A stretch of DNA of 4,759 nucleotides, from NCBI GenBank assembly GCA_000004985.1, contig GG739175.1, one strand, 5' to 3'. Both the position numbers and the translations under genes were made by a program. The DNA comes from Naegleria gruberi (Eukaryota). Positions within the stretch are counted from its first letter, which is position 1, and each line of letters opens with the position of its first letter. Positions 1-4,759 of this stretch are shown here, one piece after another. The notes under the pieces were generated by a model that ran no database searches, had not been told where the DNA came from, and was given only the letters and a program-made list of their open reading frames with translations.

Positions 1-58
1 TTGTTTAAATAATCCTGTTAATATATTCATTGTTGATGTTTTACCTGCACCATTATGT
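1..58 (-). CDS. ABCA-family ABC transporter, partial exon carrying the NBD1 Walker A motif; continues beyond the window start
   Basis: The reverse complement of 1..58 translates as (G)[19 protein letters not shown], a Walker A GxxGxGKT in the typical ABCA context '[12 protein letters not shown]..ILTG'. The first base (pos 58) completes a Gly codon begun as GG at 217-216 in the upstream exon. This phase-2 join reconstitutes [10 protein letters not shown] exactly as in ABCA1-type NBD1. The frame is open to position 1. Confidence 0.85.
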
Positions 59-215
59 CTATTTAATTTTTAAATATTATTAAATGTTATTATATTAAAT
101 GTTATATATTGTAAAGTATTAAAGTATTAAATGTTATATTAAATGTTATATTGTAAAGTATTATTAGAAATAAAAATTATTATTAAAATTATTATTAAAA
201 AATATTAAAACATAC
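59..215 (-). other. spliceosomal intron (157 bp) of the ABCA gene
   Basis: On the minus strand it begins GTATGT (215-210) and ends ...AAATTAAATAG (acceptor AG at 60-59). GC is about 7% by my count over 61-120, typical of Dictyostelium introns. Removing it restores the Walker A reading frame. Confidence 0.8.
72..165. repeat. imperfect tandem duplication inside the ABCA intron (units TTAAATGTTATAT and TGTAAAGTATTA)
   Basis: TTAAATGTTATAT occurs at 96-108, 128-140 and 139-151, with a shorter copy at 81-90. TGTAAAGTATT occurs at 110-120 and 152-162. Together they form two ~35-40 bp tandem units. Confidence 0.5.
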
Positions 216-892
216 CCTAATAAACTAACACATTGATTATCTTCAACAATTAAATTTAAACCTTTCAAAGCCTTTTTCTCTCTAAAAAATCTGGATTGAG
301 CAATTTTGGCGGGAAAACATTTAGCAGCTAATTTAGTTAAAAATCCTGAATAAGTTTGTCTCAATGAAACAATTCTAACAACTGCATTAATTGAAGAATC
401 ACGTGAACGTTTAAATTCTTCTTTAACATCATTTGTTTCCATTTGTGAATAATCTTGTTCATCTTGATTAGTATTAGTTTTAATAGTTGATTTACTTTTA
501 AGACAATTTAATCCCCAATAGGAAGGATATATAAAGAAAATTGGTGATTTTCTAACACCACTTCCATCTGAAAATACATTATCACAATACCAATATAAAA
601 TTAAAAATAATAATCCATTTAAAATTAATACAATTATACCTAAATAAGAAGCAGGTACATAATCATATGTATTTGTACCAATAAAGAAATCTTCAAATGA
701 ATATCCAGGTCCAGGTACAAACTTTCTCAATTGATCATCATAAACAGGTAATGTTTTAGTTGCTATATCTGTAAATACTTTAGCAAAATTAAATGGTGGA
801 TAAAAACTTAATATTACTCTAAATGCAGGTGTTACACTTGTTGAATATAATTGATATACTATATTTCCATTAGATACAAATAAATTTAATAT
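216..892 (-). CDS. ABCA-family ABC transporter exon: end of TMD1 (TM5-TM6 region), linker, and N-terminal part of NBD1
   Basis: Hand translation of the minus strand from 892 downward gives ILNLFVSNGNIVYQLYSTSVTPAFRVILSFYPPFNFAKVFTDIATKTLPVYDDQLRKFVPGPGYSFEDFF...LILNGLLFLILYWYCDNVFSDGSGVRKSPIFFIYPSYWGLN...AVVRIVSLRQTY...KALKGLNLIVEDNQCVSLLG. It aligns by eye with human ABCA1 'LLSPVAFGFGCEYF...[40 protein letters not shown]...[37 protein letters not shown]'. There is no in-frame stop across 677 bp. The ORF-track 'M' at 730 is a TTG codon, not a real start. The acceptor AG at 894-893 is preceded by AATAATAG. Confidence 0.85.
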
Positions 893-975
893 CTATTATT
901 ATTATTAAAATATTAAATATTATAAAAATATTAAATATAAAATTATTAAAAATTAAATAAAAATAAAAAACATAC
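893..975 (-). other. spliceosomal intron (83 bp) of the ABCA gene
   Basis: Minus-strand donor GTATGT at 975-970 immediately follows codons ...GCT ATT TCA TTT (AISF). The acceptor is ...AATAATAG, with AG at 894-893. The junction is phase 0, and the frame switch between ORF 946..1647 and ORF 164..730 is exactly accounted for. Composition is almost pure A/T. Confidence 0.75.
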
Positions 976-1733
976 AAATGAAATAGCTAAAACAGTAAAA
1001 CCTAAAACTAGAGCAGATTTAGATTCCTTAATAAAAGTAGATAATAAAAAAGCAAAACAAACTAAACTAAAACTAAAACAAAAAAATAAAATTAATAAAA
1101 TTAAAAAATTTGCTTTCAAAAATATTGAAATTTGAAAAATCATTCCACCAATAACATTAACAAGACTAAAAACAAAACAAATAATAAAAAAAGTAATAAA
1201 CCAAGATATAAAATAAGCAGAATCTTTCATACCCATCATTATCATTGCAAATCTTAATTTACCTTCCTTTTCAACAACTAAACTATTTAAAGAAACAATT
1301 AAAATAATCATTGCACCAATACTAAAAAAGGTAGGACCAGTTGAATTATAAATTATAACTTGACCATTCTTTCTAGTTGGTGGTTGTGGTAAATTTTTAT
1401 AATCAACTTTAATTGAATTTCTAAAATCTTGTAATTCACTTGTTCTATTTAATTGTTTCATTCTATAATATACAATTGTATTATCTATTATATTTTGTAA
1501 TGATAAAATTGGTAATTTTAAATCTGTTTTACTTCTATTATAATATAATATATATGATATGGTATTTATAGAATCAAATACTTGATTTGGTATAAATGAT
1601 ATACCAATTGAAGTTAGATTAGGATTTGAATAAAACCATGATTCCATTTCAAATTTAGTTGTAAAATTTTTATAATCTTCATCTTGTTGTACATTATAAT
1701 CTTGTACTAATTGATTTAGAATTTGTGATCCAA
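976..1733 (-). CDS. ABCA-family ABC transporter exon: C-terminal part of extracellular domain 1, the EKE..MMG motif and TM2-TM5; open into the assembly gap
   Basis: The minus-strand frame (codon first bases at positions divisible by 3) is open from 1731 down to 976: GSQILNQLVQDYNVQQDEDYKNFTTKFEMESWFYSNPN...NSTGPTFFSIGAMIILIVSLNSLVVEKEGKLRFAMIMMGMKDSAYFISWFITFFIICFV...KESKSALVLGFTVLAISF. 'VVEKEGKLRFAMIMMGMKDSAYFISWFITFF' matches the ABCA hallmark 'YEKEARLKETMRIMGL..WFLLFF' at the ECD1/TM2 boundary. N-glycosylation-like NxS/T sites in the upstream part fit an extracellular loop. The 'M' at 1647 in the ORF track is internal, not a start. Confidence 0.85.
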
Positions 1734-1982
1734 NNNNNNNNNNNNNNNNNNNNNNNNNNNNNNNNNNNNNNNNNNNNNNNNNNNNNNNNNNNNNNNNNNN
1801 NNNNNNNNNNNNNNNNNNNNNNNNNNNNNNNNNNNNNNNNNNNNNNNNNNNNNNNNNNNNNNNNNNNNNNNNNNNNNNNNNNNNNNNNNNNNNNNNNNNN
1901 NNNNNNNNNNNNNNNNNNNNNNNNNNNNNNNNNNNNNNNNNNNNNNNNNNNNNNNNNNNNNNNNNNNNNNNNNNNNNNNNNN
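1734..1982. other. assembly/scaffold gap (run of 249 N)
   Basis: Uninterrupted n characters. It interrupts the ABCA gene upstream of ECD1, so the start codon, TM1 and proximal ECD1 are missing. Confidence 0.99.
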
Positions 1983-2440
1983 GACAACCTAGTAGATATT
2001 ATTAGATGATGTCTTTTTTTTAATTGAACTGTACAAAACTCCATATGCCAGCACCACACATCAAGACAGCAAATTTCAACTGCTGCTTCTGCAGACGGCT
2101 TCAAGTCGCAACTTCGACAATTCAATTTGTGCGTCATTGTGCGTTTACAATTCACCATTAGCTCGACGTTTAATAACGCTCTTAACAAGGTAAACATTCC
2201 TTTCTTCAAGTTGAATTAGAATGTGTTTCCTTTCTATCACACTGAGAGAATCCTTGTGAAAATTTCAACTGTAGAATTTGAGTTGTTGGAATTAACTTGA
2301 ATGAAATTTGTTTGTAATAGGATGCTTGTAAAACACAATGCTTGCTCATGCCTCTACCATTACTAAGTATTATTTTTATAAGAAACCTTGTTCTTGATTT
2401 GTGAGCTCAACATCTCTTTCAATATTAATATCCTGAACAC
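1983..2440. other. compositionally anomalous non-coding segment (35-50% GC) abutting the gap; candidate repeat/transposon remnant or ncRNA, unresolved
   Basis: By my count 2041-2100 is 30/60 G+C and 2101-2160 is 23/60, versus about 7% in the flanking introns. It contains no credible ORF: the only long frame is C/W-rich MFTLLRALLNVELMVNCKRT...CCLDVWCWHMEFC, which is not Dictyostelium-like. Internal short repeats are TTGTGCGT x2 (2127-2144), AAATTTCAACTG x2 (2071-2082 and 2261-2272), the palindrome TTCAAgTTGAA (2206-2216), and a T9/A9 run at 2012-2020. Confidence 0.3.
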
Positions 2441-2446
2441 TAATAA

Positions 2447-2452
2447 TTTATT
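2447..2452 (-). promoter_or_regulatory. putative polyadenylation signal AATAAA for the kinesin gene
   Basis: Plus-strand TTTATT at 2447-2452 is AATAAA on the minus strand, 38-43 nt downstream of the kinesin TAA stop (2492-2490). Confidence 0.4.
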
Positions 2453-2489
2453 TTCTTCTTATTCAGTTCCTGTGGAGACAATATTATGT

Positions 2490-4721
2490 TTAATCATAGT
2501 AGGATGAATTATCATCATTCTGACTCTCATTCCCATGACTACTCAAACTTCTTCTTCTTCTACCTCTTCCACCAAATTGTTCTTCTTCTTCTTGCTGTTC
2601 ATTCATGTCACCACTATATTGTTCATCTTGTTCTCCATATTGTTCGAATTGTTCTTGCTGTTCTTGTTGATGATCATATCTCAATGAATCATTTGAATCG
2701 GCGCTATTTGAATCTAAACTATTTGAATCCATACTATTTGAATTATCATTAAAATCAATTGAATTTTCTCTAAGAATTGAATTGACAACATCATCTGCTC
2801 TTTGAGGTGATTTCTCTTCAGACCAAGGACTTATTTCTTTAACTTCACCTTGTTCAACTAATTTAGCAATGATACGTTGTTTAACATTTGGTACAGATAA
2901 AAAACCATCAATAACTCTTTCTAAAGATTCATCTGATTGATTATTTTGTTCTTGTCTATTTTTTGCCTTATTAAACATTATATTTTGTTTTGCAATTTCC
3001 ATTTGTAAATGTCTAATAACATTACCAAATTTATCAATTAATTCACGTTCTCTATCTTCCCAACTTCCTCTTTCCATGAATTTTCTTGATGATGAATTTT
3101 TTGAGAGAGAGGAAATTTCACTTCTCAATAAATTAACTTGTCTCTCTAAATCTACATTTCTTTCCATTAATTTTACCTTTTCATTTTCAATAACATTAAT
3201 TTTCTTTTGTAAATTACCACTTAATATTTTAAAATCAACAACTTCATTAATAATTGCATGATTTTTAACATTCATTGCTCTATTAGCAAAATGTAAAGTA
3301 GAATAAGATTCATCATAATTCCACATAGATGGTCCAATAGTTGCAACAAGACATGTTTTAGCATTACCACCTAATGAATCTGTTAATAAACGTGTTAATT
3401 TGGAATCACGAAATGGTACATGATAAACATTTTCCTCTGTCAGGGCAGCAACACAATTACCCAAAGCACTTAAACTCTTATTAATTTTTTTAGCTTCTTC
3501 CAATCGTTGACCTTCACTTCCAGATTTAAAAACTCTTTCACTTCCTGCCAAATCAACAATATGTAACACTCCTCTTTTAACACTTTTATCACTTGATGAT
3601 TTTTGTTCAACTGTAATCATTAATATTACATGTGAACGTGAAGATAACTTATTCATATTTGTAGAATTTACTTGTCTATTTTTAGATCCTTCCTTAATTA
3701 ATTGCATTACTTCATAAGGTTCATTAACTTGTACTTGTGTTAATTGTTCTACAAATACTCCATTTTTTGGATCTTCTCTAATTGGTAAATTTGTTTTACT
3801 TGCATCAAGTAAATCCATTATATTTTCCATATATATTTGCATAAATGAAACAAAAACTCTAAATTCTGTATTATTTGAATATTCTTGTACATGTTCAAAT
3901 ATTTGATTTATACATCTAGGAATAACTCCACTATATTTATCAATTATATTTTCATTAGGTTTAATAATCCTTTTTGGATCTGTTGAACTTCCAAATATAG
4001 TAAATGTTTTACCTGATCCTGTTTGACCATATGCCAATACAGTTCCATTATATCCTTTTAATACATCATTAACAATGTTTTTACCAACTTGTTTATACAT
4101 TTCATCTTGAGAACATGTTGGTTCTAACACTTTATCAAATGTAAATTCTCTATCATCATAACATTCTCTTTTTAATATAACTGTATTTTTAACTGTTGCT
4201 ACACATGGTGGATATTCTCCAAATATTTGACTATTACTTATATCTTCTGATACTTGTGGTCTAACTCTAACAACTACTTTAACTCGTGTTGTATTATTGT
4301 TGCTAGTAGTAGTGGTAGTAGTGGTAGTATTAGTATTAGTACTAGTAGATGATACTAATGAATTATTATTATTGCTAGCTGAAGTAGTAGCAGTAGAGGT
4401 GGCATTATTAGCAGTTGTGTTACTAACAGTATTATTACTTATTGTTGGATTATTACCAATAATACTAGTATTAGGATTATTAAGAAGGGTTTTAGTTTTA
4501 GTATTAATATTTTGAGCAGATAATTCTGAAGTAGAATGACTCTTAGTCATATTAGAAGAGGCTGTTGAGGATGATAAATTAGTGGATGAAGGATTGAATG
4601 ATACAGATTTAGTTGTACTAGTAGTAGTAGTAACATTATTATTACTACCAATCATATTAGATTGAGGCAAATTACTAATTGAAATGTTACTGGAGGGTTG
4701 TTGTTGTAACTGATAATTCAT
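2490..4721 (-). CDS. kinesin motor protein (N-terminal-type motor with a long low-complexity N-terminal extension). 743 aa from the first in-window ATG; the frame stays open upstream to the window edge at 4759
   Basis: Kinesin signatures: RVKVVVRVRPQ (β1, aa 146), GYNGTVLAYGQTGSGKTFT (P-loop, nt 4005-4028), NMNKLSSRSHVILMI (switch I, nt 3630-3644), LHIVDLAGSERV (switch II, nt 3537-3554), KKINKSLSALGNCVAAL (L12/α5, kinesin-1-like), HVPFRDSKLTRLLTDSLGGNAKT and a neck region NVKNHAIINEVVDF. These are followed by a heptad-like segment (aa ~500-600) and an acidic tail ending in GGRGRRRRSLSS. The stop TAA is at 2492-2490. Upstream of the ATG at 4721 the frame reads ...NNYSKASTTINN with no stop, so the true start may lie outside the window. 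Confidence 0.9.
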   Translation of the reverse strand: MNYQLQQQPSSNISISNLPQSNMIGSNNNVTTTTSTTKSVSFNPSSTNLSSSTASSNMTKSHSTSELSAQNINTKTKTLLNNPNTSIIGNNPTISNNTVSNTTANNATSTATTSASNNNNSLVSSTSTNTNTTTTTTTTSNNNTTRVKVVVRVRPQVSEDISNSQIFGEYPPCVATVKNTVILKRECYDDREFTFDKVLEPTCSQDEMYKQVGKNIVNDVLKGYNGTVLAYGQTGSGKTFTIFGSSTDPKRIIKPNENIIDKYSGVIPRCINQIFEHVQEYSNNTEFRVFVSFMQIYMENIMDLLDASKTNLPIREDPKNGVFVEQLTQVQVNEPYEVMQLIKEGSKNRQVNSTNMNKLSSRSHVILMITVEQKSSSDKSVKRGVLHIVDLAGSERVFKSGSEGQRLEEAKKINKSLSALGNCVAALTEENVYHVPFRDSKLTRLLTDSLGGNAKTCLVATIGPSMWNYDESYSTLHFANRAMNVKNHAIINEVVDFKILSGNLQKKINVIENEKVKLMERNVDLERQVNLLRSEISSLSKNSSSRKFMERGSWEDRERELIDKFGNVIRHLQMEIAKQNIMFNKAKNRQEQNNQSDESLERVIDGFLSVPNVKQRIIAKLVEQGEVKEISPWSEEKSPQRADDVVNSILRENSIDFNDNSNSMDSNSLDSNSADSNDSLRYDHQQEQQEQFEQYGEQDEQYSGDMNEQQEEEEQFGGRGRRRRSLSSHGNESQNDDNSSYYD
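4297..4347. repeat. imperfect trinucleotide repeat (AGT/GGT/ATT)n within the kinesin CDS, encoding the poly-Thr/Asn tract
   Basis: The plus strand reads gttgctagtagtagtggtagtagtggtagtattagtattagtactagtag. On the minus strand this is ACT/ACC/AAT codons giving TNTNTTTTTTTTSNNNTT. It also creates the spurious poly-Val plus-strand ORF 4297..4515. Confidence 0.7.
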
Positions 4722-4759
4722 ATTATTAATAGTAGTAGAAGCTTTTGAATAATTATTTG

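Noticed and set aside
164-730. ORF-track methionine starts at 730 and 1647 suggesting two independent small genes
   Set aside because: The codon at 730 is TTG, an alternative start used by the ORF caller. The reading frames continue upstream without stops and are joined by canonical GTATGT...AG introns. These are internal exons of one ABCA gene.
2001-2013. Box C-like TGATG / box D CTGA snoRNA motifs (agatgatgt at 2004-2012; ctga at 2242 and 2433)
   Set aside because: The C box is imperfect (TGATGT, not TGATGA). Spacing to a D box and the terminal stem are absent. It is insufficient for a C/D snoRNA call.
2098-2118. tRNA B-box-like string GGCTTCAAGTCGC / TTCGAC
   Set aside because: There is no complementary 5-bp T-stem flanking a 7-nt loop, no A-box (TRGCNNAGTGG), and no cloverleaf can be drawn. 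It is not a tRNA.
1694-2209. Minus-strand 171-aa ORF and plus-strand 94-aa ORF (1725..2009) spanning the N run
   Set aside because: They are mostly translation of ambiguous bases (X). The real-sequence portion (1983-2209) encodes a C/W-rich peptide with no hydrophobic TM1 and un-Dictyostelium-like codon usage. The superficial 'LRALL...KRT' resemblance to ABCA N-termini does not continue into a transmembrane helix.
2187-2466. Plus-strand splice-like signals (AAG|GTAAAC donor at ~2189/2190; polypyrimidine tract + CAG at 2447-2466)
   Set aside because: They would define a 277-bp intron of about 30% GC with no credible flanking plus-strand exons. Introns in this genome are about 5-10% GC. The Y-tract is just the antisense of the kinesin 3' UTR purine run containing AATAAA.
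2486-2752. Plus-strand ORF (88 aa, H/Y/L-rich)
   Set aside because: It lies wholly antisense to the kinesin C-terminal acidic/Q-rich coding region. Its low-complexity composition mirrors the sense strand, and it is a shadow ORF.
3076-3261. Plus-strand ORF (61 aa)
   Set aside because: It is antisense to the kinesin coiled-coil region, short, with no motif support. It is a shadow ORF.
4297-4515. Plus-strand ORF (72 aa, poly-Val/Leu)
   Set aside because: It is an artefact of the (AGT/GGT)n repeat read in the antisense frame, and lies inside the kinesin CDS.
1-4759. Prokaryotic-style defence, CRISPR or mobile 'system'
   Set aside because: The window is eukaryotic (spliceosomal introns, poly-N/T/Q proteins, kinesin and ABCA genes). 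There are no CRISPR repeats, no operon organisation, and no integrase/transposase ORFs. The only candidate for something undescribed is the unexplained GC-elevated segment at 1983-2440.

Overview
This window reads as eukaryotic amoebozoan DNA of the Dictyostelium type. The evidence is very high AT content, N/S/T/Q-rich low-complexity protein tracts encoded by AAT/CAA/ACT codons, and short, extremely AT-rich spliceosomal introns with GTATGT...AG boundaries. Both genes are on the minus strand. The first (1..1733, interrupted by a run of 249 N at 1734..1982) is the middle part of an ABCA-family ABC transporter. It has three exons and two introns that I mapped by hand. Recognisable landmarks are the EKEGKL...MIMMGM motif at TM2, the TM5/TM6 'LYWY...PSYWG' block, the start of NBD1, and a Walker A '[12 protein letters not shown]' codon split across the 157-bp intron. 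The second (2490..4721, frame still open at the window edge 4759) is a kinesin with an N-type motor: P-loop GQTGSGKT, switch I SSRSH, switch II DLAGSE, and a kinesin-1-like KINKSLSALGN. The motor is preceded by at least 145 aa of S/T/N-rich low complexity and followed by a short coiled-coil and an acidic/DSNS-repeat tail. Between the gap and the kinesin 3' end lies a ~450-bp non-coding segment (1983..~2440) with 35-50% GC. That is far above Dictyostelium intergenic composition and I cannot explain it as coding, tRNA or snRNA. It is the most unusual thing here and is a candidate repeat/transposon remnant or structured ncRNA abutting the assembly gap. I found no CRISPR array, operon structure or prokaryotic-type defence or mobile system, and I do not claim a novel 'system'. 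All plus-strand ORFs in the track are antisense shadow ORFs or translations of N runs.
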